In this document: piece by piece, positions 12,601 through 23,400 of the stretch
How positions within the stretch are numbered: the stretch's first letter is position 1
Layout: the number at the start of each line of letters is the position of its first letter
Origin: Macrostomum lignano
Lineage: Eukaryota
Direction: 5' to 3'
DNA: 64,000 bases
Assembly (NCBI GenBank): GCA_002269645.1
Contig: NIVC01000029.1
Span: 930,001 to 994,000 of the forward strand
Notes under the pieces: generated by a model
What the model was told of the DNA's origin: nothing
The model's input: only the letters and a program-made list of their open reading frames with translations
Databases searched by the model: none
Translations under genes and position numbers: made by a program

Positions 12601-14768
12601 CTTCTGGTCCGCCACTGATGGCCAAAAACTCGGCCGGTGGCTCGTTAGAAAATTCCGGAATCGGACCAGTGTGCTCTGATAGGATTATGCCACCTGTGGA
12701 GAAATTGGAGCAAAAAACGATTTATCTTTGTGTTGATTTTTAACAAGTTAGTCACTGTTAACTAATAACGGGATCGGGAACCGGGATCGGGAACCGGGAT
12801 CGGGAACCGGGATCGGGAACCGGGATCGGGAACCGGGATCGGGAACCGGGATCGGGAACCGGGATCGGGAACCGGGATCGGGAACCGGGATCGGGAACCG
12901 GGATCGGGAACCGGGATCGGGAACCGGGATCGGGAACCGGGATCGGGAACCGGGATCGGGAACCGGGATCGGGAACCGGGATCGGGAACCGGGATCGGGA
13001 ACCGGGATCGGGAACCGGGATCGGGAACCGGGATCGGGAACCGGGATCGGGAACCGGGATCGGGAACCGGGATCGGGAACCGGGATCGGGAACCGGGATC
13101 GGGAACCGGGATCGGGAACCGGGATCGGGAACCGGGATCGGGAACCGGGATCGGGAACCGGGATCGGGAACCGGGATCGGGAACCGGGATCGGGAACCGG
13201 GATCGGGAACCGGGATCGGGAACCGGGATCGGGAACCGGGATCGGGAACCGGGATCGGGAACCGGGAATCTATTCAAACTACACAGGCTAGGTACAAGTA
13301 TGTCGCGGCTGTACACAAACTATACCGCTAGGTTGCATTTTTGTGATGCAATTTAGCTATTTCTGCAATAGATTAATCTAATGACAAAATATTGCCTAAG
13401 CGAGGGCTTCAACAAAAATCCCTAGACCAAAATCCCACGCTTAGAGGCTAACGAGAAGCATGACTCACGTAATGCTTCTGGTTAGTGACGGAATTAGTAT
13501 GGAGTTTTCTGGGAGAGAGCAGTGGTAGTCAGACAATACCAATCTAGCCAAACCATTTAGTATTTAGTTTTAGTGTGCTACCCATGTGCCTAAGAATAGA
13601 TTGCCCCTCCCCAATCAAATGGAAGCCCCTGTCAGTATGCATTGCATTAAAATGTCATTAATGTTTTCGCTTGCAGAGCAGAGGCAACAGAGCTACAGTA
13701 GCTTTATGGTTCCGGTTGAATCGACCAGCATCTTAGGTGATCTCAAGCATGTATTGAGCTAATGCAGACTACACTACAATGTCTTGCATACCCAATGGAG
13801 TATCAAATAAAGAAAGTTGATTGACACTTTCCTTAACAACAATTGAACTACACACAGCATTGGATTGTTCTTAAAGTGCATTTGCTCATGACTGTCTGCT
13901 CTTGTTTGTCAGCCAGTCAGGATTCACTATTGATTGCGCATCTAAAAAGTGAGCAAATTTCAAGGCAAAAAAGTGTCTGTGCAAATATCGCCCACGGGGA
14001 GTACTGAACGCCTTTTAAATGCCTGGGGAGGAAATGGCTGACAGATGCTTCCTAACAAGAAAGTGTTGCTATCGTCCCACAGTTTCTACAATATGAGGCA
14101 AAGCTGAATCAATGCATGTAGCAGTTATGCATAGATTAGCAGGTATCAATCCATTCTATCCGTATGTGGCTTCCAGAAGCTTGTTCCTGGGGGCTTACAA
14201 ATTGATTCTCGTATGATCGTATGACCAGGCACATTTAAGAAGAGATGTAACTGAGTAGCAAGTAGAGGGATGTTGCTTTTTTGACTACTAGCTACGGACG
14301 TTGGACAAATTAGACAGACAAAACTAAATAGACGAAAAATGAGAACTGCCTATAGCAAATTCAAAGACAGAATGGAAGTGACCAAATGCAAATTATAACG
14401 AAAACACGCTTTTGTTTAGCGTTGCGACCTAAGCTACAAAAATTGCTTCTTTCAGTCAGTCCACGCGTAAAGGGCAAAATCGAGTCGTTTTTCATTCATA
14501 GAGACATCGCATCGCCCAGGTTCATCTGGGGTCATGCCGAGCCATTGTTACAATGAAGGCTTTCTTCGAAGCGAGGTAAAGTAAAGCCAGCTTTCGCTTG
14601 ACTAAATGCAAAGACAGAAAAACTTGAAAAAGTGCTCTTACAGGCCGGATTCGCGGACAAAGCGACGGCAATCCAAATGGCAGCGTAGCAACAATGAGAG
14701 CGCAGTGAAGTCAACCGATGAAACAGCACTGCGGCGTAGCCAACAGCAGCAGCAGCAGCTGCGGTCAT
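697..14768 (-). CDS. Dscam: Dscam-like immunoglobulin-superfamily cell adhesion receptor, 5' part (signal peptide + Ig1-Ig4); gene continues beyond window start
   Basis: Exons 14768-14642, 12693-12265, 6661-6470 and 1593-697, all GT-AG and all phase 1. Spliced product: [10 protein letters not shown]...[13 protein letters not shown] (signal-like); [38 protein letters not shown] (Ig1); [12 protein letters not shown]|[23 protein letters not shown] (Ig2, cf. remembered arthropod Dscam KYLVLPSGELHIREV); [21 protein letters not shown] (Ig3); [31 protein letters not shown] (Ig4). Family call is from recalled similarity, not a database search. Confidence 0.75.
1660..1985 (+). repeat. 16-bp minisatellite (gtagcttttgtgttgt)n, ~20 copies
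   Basis: Direct reading. Starts ~65 bp from the Dscam exon-4 acceptor. Confidence 0.95.
2570..3300 (+). repeat. 23-bp minisatellite (ccaacttgtcgattgtctgacac)n, ~31 copies
   Basis: Direct reading. It generates the spurious [11 protein letters not shown] ORFs. Confidence 0.97.
3850..5705 (+). repeat. 16/23-bp telomere-like minisatellite (caaaccctaatcttca)n with 291-bp higher-order repeat
   Basis: The unit contains CCCTAA. The variant marker ctaatattcg occurs at 4071, 4362, 4653, 5111 and 5402 (spacings 291, 291, 458, 291). Confidence 0.97.
6225..6425 (+). repeat. 8-bp-based repeat (tgtcagta)n
   Basis: Direct reading. Lies ~45 bp into the intron from the Dscam exon-3 donor. Confidence 0.9.
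6731..6848 (+). repeat. 57-bp direct duplication (2 copies)
   Basis: aaatcctcattca..cccaaccaaaat starts at 6731 and 6788, with 2 substitutions. Confidence 0.9.
11030..11490 (+). repeat. 15-bp minisatellite (cccattttcccaata)n, ~30 copies; G-quadruplex motif on - strand
   Basis: The - strand reads GGG-AAAAT-GGG-TATT-GGG. Confidence 0.97.
11645..12010 (+). mobile_element. Decayed 3' fragment of a non-LTR retrotransposon (R1/LOA/I-like, post-RNase H region and CCHC knuckle)
   Basis: Encodes [33 protein letters not shown] with stops and frameshifts; clearly homologous to 45420-45700. Confidence 0.75.
12769..13267 (+). repeat. Perfect 13-bp minisatellite (cgggatcgggaac)n, ~38 copies
   Basis: No variant units seen. 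CpG-rich, with a G3 run every 6-7 nt; lies 75 bp from the Dscam exon-2 acceptor. Confidence 0.98.
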
Positions 14769-17109
14769 ATTAATTGCGCTACAATCTGTCGTGCAGCAGA
14801 ACCTGACGACTAGAGTTGCGCCGGCTCATTCGATGCTAAGCAGCACACTTAAGAATTCACGCCTGCCAGCAATAATGCTGCTCGGAGCCGAATACTATCG
14901 GCCCTTGCTATTGTTGCGAAGCTTACACCTTGTGGCTGGCTGTCAGTGAGGCAGAGTCCTATGTCTAATTCTCCCTTACAAAAATCCTCGAGAAAAGACA
15001 CCCCCTAAGTATTTTTTCTATCGTTCTTCTCTAACCTACTATGGCCCCCACTCACTCGCGCTGCCTCGCTCTCCCCCACAACGCCACCCCTTATTCATTT
15101 CATGGCCGCAGCCAACCAAAAGTCCCCTTCAATTTGCCTTCCCAAATGCAGAAAAGCCAAACGGCTAGTAGTGCGTTTCGCTCCCCCCTCTCTTTCTCTC
15201 TCAGCTTTCTTCCAACTATCCTCTCTCCGTTCTCCTCTTTCCGCAAAGACAGGGCGATTGGGCCGCTCCAGACCCTGGTGGCACGGGATGTGAGGTGGAG
15301 CGCCTGTGTGTGGGGGTTGGAGGAGGCCAGGCCGATTCCAGAGCAATTGGGGAGGGGGCCAAAAGGGCCCCCCTTCCACACGCTCTAGCGTGGCGGAGAG
15401 CTGTAGTAGACAACCCGCCCAACCGCCCCTAAGCCCTGCACATGCGCCAAACCCTATGCCCCCAAAAATAGGGTAGGGGTGGGGTGGCGGATTGTCGACT
15501 ATTCTCTCCACAAGCCTTCTCCACTCCACCACGCAGCCCCTAAACAGGGCTTAAAGGAGTGTGGTTGGATTAAAAAAAAACACTGGGCCTCCCCAGTCAC
15601 GCGGTCGGCATTGCCATATTGGGGGGATGGCGGTGCCGAGGAGGGTCTGACAGTGCGTTTTTTATCCAAGTATAGCAATAGCCTCCCACTGACTGTCCCC
15701 GCTGGTTCCTTCCTCTTCCGCTCCCCCTCTCGCTTCTCTATAACGAGTTTGAAAATTCGAATTTCAAGCTGAACATTGGAATGAGAATAAAAGGATTATT
15801 TATGAGCTGTCGTCAATTGATAATCCGGTTGTTAATCGGAATGAGTTCTACTCAATCGACGCGAACTTCTCTCTTTTTCGTTCTTTTTAAGTGAGCAAAC
15901 CGCAAAACTAAAATGGAATTTATAACAAACTGCGCAGGTCGATTATATGAGACACGAATGCATGCATTAGCAGATTTAACGACTCTCTGCATGCATGTTG
16001 GGCCTCGTACCTAGGCCCCTCCTGCTATCACGGCGCGACCGCCGCATAGTTATAGCTCTCGAATGGCACGAGACGAACCCTTGATTTCATGCAGTCACGC
16101 GCTTTTAGTCCCGCACCGAACGTTCGGATCTAGACGAACAAAACTATAGCGCAGGAATAAAATGCAGGCCTTGTGCGCATGCAGCTGCACGTATCTCGTA
16201 CATATTTACTCGCAATTCCTACTATACATGCATGGTAAACGAGGCGAATCTTCGGATCAATAAAAGCTATATATGGCCTTTTTTGCTACAAGCGCACTGC
16301 TACGATTGCACTAAAGGCAAACAGAAGCAGCAGCAGCAGCAGCAGTAGCAGGAACCCCTTCAGGACCGAAAATGTCCAGGCACCATGAACTGCACTTACT
16401 ATACTGGCCTGCCCCTCTGCTGCAGCCAGCCGTCACAGCCGCAGAAAAAAAGCAATTTACTTAAACGCTTTCCCTCTTCATCTCCCCTCTCCCCTGACAG
16501 TATAGCGATGCAGCTTGGAGTTTGTGACTTGCAACCAATTGCTATGCGAGTGTGTCAGTATTAGCCACAATGCACCAGTAATAAGTTCGTATATGGCAGG
16601 AGCAGAGCGAGCTAACAATTCTGCGGTCAAGGTGTACTATAGCTAAACAGTTAAATTCAGACCTTGCCGCTTGACTACTCGTAGTTGAACTAGCAAATTT
16701 AGCCCACTATAAAAGCGAAGAAACATATGAAAGTTCTTGCAAAATCCGATTCTTAATTTTGTGTTTTTACTTGTAGAAGAAATTTTTACAACCTTGACGC
16801 GCAAAACAAACATACAAGGATTTAGTGTAACACATGGTATTGGCTTGATTATAGTGCCCAAACTGAACTTTACTGATCGAACTTTAGATGGCATCGGCCG
16901 CATCGCACATGTACTGTGGACTGTTGGGAGGTGCACATATATAGACTAGGATAGAAGGGAGGTTGATCAGAATCAGGTGACCTTCCCGTGACCCCAGCTG
17001 GATCTGGTACTAAATTACAGGGAGACTTTGAAAATTAAAATTTCGGCCACATTAAAAACGATAAGCTTTTTGTTTTCTGGCTGATCTCAATTCAACGTCG
17101 ATGGGGGAA

Positions 17110-17425
17110 TCGTTGAGACGTCAAGACTTACGGGGGAATTGCTGAGATTTCAAGACTTACGGGGAATTGCTGAGATGTCAAGACTTACGGGGGAATTGCT
17201 GAGATGTCAAGACTTACGGGGAATTGCTGAGATGTCAAGACTTACGGGGAATTGCTGAGATGTCAAGACTTACGGGGAATTGCTGAGATGTCAAGACTTA
17301 CGGGGAATTGCTGAGATTCATGACTTACGGGGGAATTGCTGAGATGTCAAGACTTACGAGGAATTTCTGAGATGTCAAGACTTACGGGGGAATTGCTGAG
17401 ATGTCAAGACTTAGGGGGAATTGCT
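17110..17425 (+). repeat. 28/29-bp minisatellite (gctgagatgtcaagacttacggg(g)gaatt)n, ~11 copies
   Basis: Direct reading; intergenic between the Dscam-like and dynein genes. Confidence 0.95.
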
Positions 17426-18361
17426 GAGATCTCAAAGTTGAAAGGTCAGAGGCTACATGTAGTGTATTTAAAAAAATATAGTTCTAAGCAGTTCTAATAG
17501 AAATGCTAATCCCAAGCCTGGGGAATATCAAGGTCGTGGATTCTCTCTGCTAGTAATCTTCGAATTAAAGAAACGTTGATACAGATTCGCAATAATGAAC
17601 CAACATAAAGAATATTTCACTCTGGTAAAACAGTAATAGAACAGCCACAAGGGGAATTAAACCTGCTGGGTAACTCACGTGACAATGCAGCTGCACATTT
17701 GAATCACGTGATGTCAACAGAGTTCTAGCTGATCCCGCTACTGACACGTGCACAGCTGTACTTACCGTTAGAAACCCCTGGGGCAACCGCATTTTGTACT
17801 TGCTGCCACCATTATATTGCTTTTGAATAAAGCAAAATAGGGATAGAGATAGAGATAGAACAGTAAGGAGCATTTGTGTTTGTTGAATCAAACATTCTCT
17901 TTCCCTTCAGTTTAGCTACTGAATGTCGTAAAAAAGCACCCGTCACAGCCCATTCTGACTTTTGAATAAAGCTATATGTGGTACACTCGTGTGACCCGAG
18001 AATTAGCCGCGTGCGCAAATAGTACCTCGCTGATTCTAACGGTTGGACCCTGGGGAAAGCAGCCTGTATAGCTCATGCTGTGTTTGGCATGCTACGCTGA
18101 AGCAACGCAGGTAAATATAATGAATATCGCGTGAGCGAACAGAATACGGACCTCGAAAAATCAGTTTGACACGGAAGCGATTCTGAAAAAAGATAATAGA
18201 ATAAAAAATTACTGCTGCATGCATTGTTTAAAAGATTCTCACCTGCGACGCCCCTGCTAGATGCCGCTTAGTAAGTTTTCCATTGGGTTTTTGCTTGCTA
18301 ACATAAGGAAAAACAGGTAAGTAGTTTAGTAGGTTTACATTGAGTTTGGTAAGCTAATGTG

Positions 18362-18445
18362 TGACACTCAGTTTGGCGCCACAGACACTCAGTTTGGCGC
18401 CACAGACACCCGTTTCGACGCATCAGACACCCATTTTGGCGCGCT
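18362..18445 (+). repeat. 21-bp repeat (agacactcagtttggcgccac), ~4 degenerate copies
   Basis: The core ctcagtttggcgcc occurs at 18367 and 18388 and is shared with the 48860-49230 array. Confidence 0.8.
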
Positions 18446-20499
18446 AAACCAAAATTACGAATCATAAGCCGCCAAAGCCCAAAGGTACATATCAAGTAGA
18501 CTTTTAGACTTTGAGTCGAATACATATAGTTTGTTTGAGGGTGGCCTTGTACATGTACGAGTATATTAATTAATTGTGTAAGGGCTGCGTCTCTGGCAGA
18601 TTATGCTAAATTCAAATCTATAGTTTATATGAATAAATAGCTACGTTATGTTTTTGATAGGTTTCCTAATAGTTTGTCGATGAGGCATTCATTATGTTCC
18701 CAGTGAACTACTGATTATTGTCCATCTGTACACTCAATCTTACCCATCAAGTTTCTCCTAGGGATGAGTGTATCAAAAGTGCCGCCATATTGTGCAGTAA
18801 AGCAGTGGGATCCTTATCCCTCTCTGGTATTTTTAGCGGCCGTGATGAAAGAATTTCAATCACCATTGGCAACGACGAGAAAGACGAATACATAATTAAT
18901 GCTGAATGGGCTTCTATACTGTTTACTATAGCTGTAGATGTATAGAGCAGTCTATTGATAAAGTTGAGTCGCTGTGTTAAAGAAGCAACGATTCAATATA
19001 TTGTAAGTCAGCATGTATTTGTAGACTATACTGTCTCTTAACATCGTAGATCATTGCTCTACGAGTAGATGCATTGTTTTTTTCGTTGTACATGTAACTT
19101 TCAAATATTGCGATCCTGTGCGTAACGTAAATAGGGATGTAAATAAGATTAATCTTACTACTACAAGAGCTGAAAATTCGTTTACGATTTTAGACTGATC
19201 AGACATGTTTTGGTTTGCATGATGACACAGAAGGACATGATTATGACGTCCTGTCTTTTAGTTGCGTGATTACAGTCGCAATCAAGTCTAGTCTACTTAC
19301 CCTTAAAGGCCTGCCTGTCTTTTGGTTTAGAGAAAACTACATTTATATATTTTTTTTAATTCTGTAATTGTACCTTTTTTGTTTTTTTAGGAAGTGAGCA
19401 AACATTAGACATGTATTAGCAAAATATGAAAGAACAGTGGCTTGACTTTTTTGTACCATTCGGAGTTTAACATGAATAATCACTTCTTTTTACCTAGATT
19501 GCATATTCTTCGGTTTTTACAACCTCAATAAAATAAAAAATCGGTGAAATCCAATTCCAATAAATATTATTTTAGGCCGGATTTGCAAGTCATAAAGAAA
19601 GTTTCGCTGTATGACGGGGTCAAATAAAAGCGACACTAGAAAAGAATGCGCAAATTGGCACGAACCCTTGGGTTGCGCGACGAATAATGAAAATATGATG
19701 AATCAAACGTGGGTGGATTTTTCTATATTGCGCTGACCTGCACTGAACTGAAATCAAAAGAAGCATACCGGTATTTTATCAAAGGCACCAGAAGCAGTAT
19801 GCATGTACCCTTTCGTCGGATCAAATAACTTTTTCCAAAGTTCATGCTTGACCGCTTCTTATTAGTGGATCGTATTTCTATAAATGGACTAAACTTTTTC
19901 TGCTGTTTCAATTATATGCAAATGTGTACATGTACTATACACACTGCTTACGTACACATGTAATTTGTTAAATGCAAGCATTTTACGGCACGCTTAAATG
20001 TACAACAGTGATTAATCATGTCTCATGTTCACATTTACATTAACAATCCATATGATCATACTCGTATTTGTGTAATATAGTATATAATTAAAGCATGTGT
20101 TAAAATAGTTTGTTAAAAACAGAACTAAAAAAACTGGTCCAAAAATAAACTTAGCCTACGGAAGAACATAAGTACGTGTCTTAGACTTTATAAAGTCGTC
20201 GATGGTTGTATAGAAACTTTAAAGAATAAAAAAAATATTAAAATCAGATTTATATATTATCAACTAAAATATATCTTGATTAATTTTTGTAATTTACGTC
20301 ACTTGACATACCACATTGTTAGATTTTGTTAATAGTGATGAAACTAACGGCAACGTAAAAGTTATGGATTTAACAATATCACGGATGTTGTATTTATTAA
20401 ATAAATCCTGAAGTAATCGCGATCAAGAAAATAAATTTCAATCAAAATTATTTTAAGTTTATTTGATTTGAATTGAATGCAAAGTCAATAATTTAGTAG

Positions 20500-23400
20500 A
20501 TGCCTGGAGGAGAAGCCGATCAAGGCAAGAGAACGGGTAGCGCCCAAAAGGGCAAAGCCCGGGTCTCCGTTTTGACTTCTGGTGAAAATATAAAGGAGAA
20601 ACAGGTAAAACATCTAAAAACTAGAGATCATTTACTTTTAAGTAAAAAGCAACTTAGATTATTTCAAGAGGGAGAAGTTTATATATTTTGAAGTAAAAAT
20701 TGCTTACATTTACGGATTTTTTAACGAAAAACCCTATTAAACTTAACTGTTTAACTGTTAAAAAGTAAAAAAATTATATCCAAGATAAGATAATAAACTA
20801 TACGTGTCTTATTGGTTACTAAAACAAGTTACTATTAATTTAATATTTAAATAGTGGTAACTGGTAATATTCAGTTTTAAATTTACTTATGTAAAAATTC
20901 GTAAGTGTTGAAAACGATAAAAATTTTTACTTCAGTACCTATTAATAATAATAATGAAAATAACAGATGTGTGTGTACTACAAAATTAGGAGCGCTAATC
21001 AGATTTGCAATACTCTTTACGGTATAATAAATCTAAATATACTAAATCCATATACTAAAAACGGTCTGTCGGTATCTATCTAGGTAGGTAGGTACGCTCG
21101 TATATGATCGATTTTAGCAAAAACGGCTGAACCGATTTTGTTCGAAATTTTGCCCTTTCTCAGCAAAAGCTCAAAGAAGAGCGGGAAGCGAGGCGGCATC
21201 GTCTCGACGAGCGGCACCACCACCTGCTGGCTCAAGTTGCCGATTTCTACTGCATAGAAAAGTCCGAAGTAGAAGACGGCATTCTCGATGGCAACAACGT
21301 GGACCAGATGGAGTTATTCTTTGCTGCCGGAGGAACTTGCAAAATTCTGGTGCACTATCAAGAACCGGACCTCGATAAAGAAGGGCGTAAGTGATCAAAA
21401 TAGATCAAATATAGAGCAATTAATATGCTATCAAAAGATGTTATCTCTCAAATCAAAAGAGTTTACTCTATTAAATTTACAGACAACATTTATTTCTATT
21501 CTAACATCTTTCAGCGTTTTAACTACATATATATTCAGGAGCGACGGTATTTCTACAAAAGAAATTACTCTATTTTTTTCGACGATTTCACAATTTGCCT
21601 GATATCAAGAGTAATTTCACTTCACTTCTCTCATATTACTAAAAGTGACACAAAGATTAACATATTTTTACGAGTTTTGAAACAGTGGAAAGTTAATAGT
21701 GATGAAATTGTACAGTTCACTGGTGCTGAGCAATGCACGATATTTTATCACTAATAGTTTATAGTCACAAGAGTTTTCCTGTGGTACGTTTCGTGGTATT
21801 TAGTCAAAAAATGAGATACTTTTTGGTGTTACGCTCGTATTTTTATAAAATTCGTTCAAATATAAATAATTCTGAAAAGAACTAACGATCTTCAGGTCTC
21901 CTCTAGGATTTTACAACTCAAAGTACTCGTACTGACTTTGGAACTCAAAAAGTCAGATTTTAAGTGTGCATTTTCATAAAACCATTTTTTTGCGTTTTCA
22001 AAAACCATGGGCATAAGGAGCGCCATTACATTTGATAGGGACGTCATTTCATTTGATTTACTGAGCGTCATTTCATTTGATGTGGGTGTCATTTAATTTG
22101 AAAGGGGCGTCAACTCATTTGATGTGGGTGTCATTTAATTTGAAAGGGGCGTCACCTCATTTGATGTGGGTGTCATTTCATTTGAAAGGGGCGTCACCTC
22201 ATTTGATGTGGATGTCATTTCATTTGTCAGAGGCGTGATTTCACCGTCATTTATTATATAAAATTTGGTTTACCTTATCTTAGTAACGCTTGAACCGAAC
22301 CAAGTAGTTGCGTAACATCCGCCTGCCCCAATCAAACTCTTCCAGCCGACCAGATCCGCATCGGGCAGCCGGGCAGCAAGTCCACTCGGGCGCAGAAGCC
22401 GCGCATTTTCGTGTCGGACGGCAGCTCGGCGCCGATTCGCGGCCCCTGCGCCGTTTTCATGCGGCCAGACAGCCAGCAGGCCGTCACCGAGGCCAACATC
22501 TCGCGCGACGTCACCTTCTTTAGCATCGACGGTTCCGACGGCATACTGCGAGGCGTTGAGCAGGTTCTGTCAACTGTACTGGTGCCGCAGCTCCGCGAGC
22601 TGCAGGGCAGCGGCTGGGGCCAGCTCGAGTGCCAGGAGCACGCGAGGGAGCAGTTTCTGAACGGCTTGGAGAACTTCGTCAATATGCTCAACAGTGAGTG
22701 CAGACTGAGATACTTACGAGTATTAATCATGATTATTTCCTGACTAAGAAAGCTTCCAGGATTCGAAAAAATCAATTTGAAAGTTTATTCGAGATGATCT
22801 TCAAGGTGTGGTGTAGCTTATCGTAATTAACCATCCTCCACAAAGACAGCACCTCTTTCGTACAGTTTTATATTTAGTTTATCTTACAGGGCTTCTCTAG
22901 GGTCTCTCATATGCACAAGAAGAATCAATAGCAAATTTATGTGGCCACGCAGAATCGAACCGAGTAGTGCCTTTGACGTGAAAGTCGGACACGTTCACAC
23001 TTACTCTGCGGCCGCAAAAACTAAGATATAATTTCCTGTATTATATCTTCTTTGCAGCCGCTCAGGAAACAATTAACGACCGCGTTGTCCTGAAACCGTG
23101 CACCGGTTTTGACTTGAAGCGCCTGAAGACCATCACGGACATCAATCAGGCTGCCTCGCAGGCCGACAGTCTGGCAGCTGTGGAAGAGTGCGCAGCCAGC
23201 TGGATGAAGCAGATCGAGCAGGTGCTAGCCGAGACTGAGCAGATTCGCCGAGAGGCTGACAACGTTGGACCCCGAGCAGAGTTGGATTACTGGAAGAGGC
23301 GAATGGCCAAGTTCAACTACCTGCTTGATCAGCTGAAATCTAACGATGTCAAGCAGGTGCTAGGCGTGCTAAACGCTGCCAAATCAAAGTCACTGAAGGT

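Noticed and set aside
10869-13316. ORFs of (GIGKM)n, (PIFPI)n and ([13 protein letters not shown])n
   Set aside because: Products of the 15-bp and 13-bp arrays inside Dscam introns; no splice or codon support.
15041-15772. GC-rich block with many short ORFs; similar CT-rich blocks at 48089-48600 and 55083-55600
   Set aside because: No recognisable domain, splice chain or mutual homology could be established; possibly old repeats or promoter sequence.
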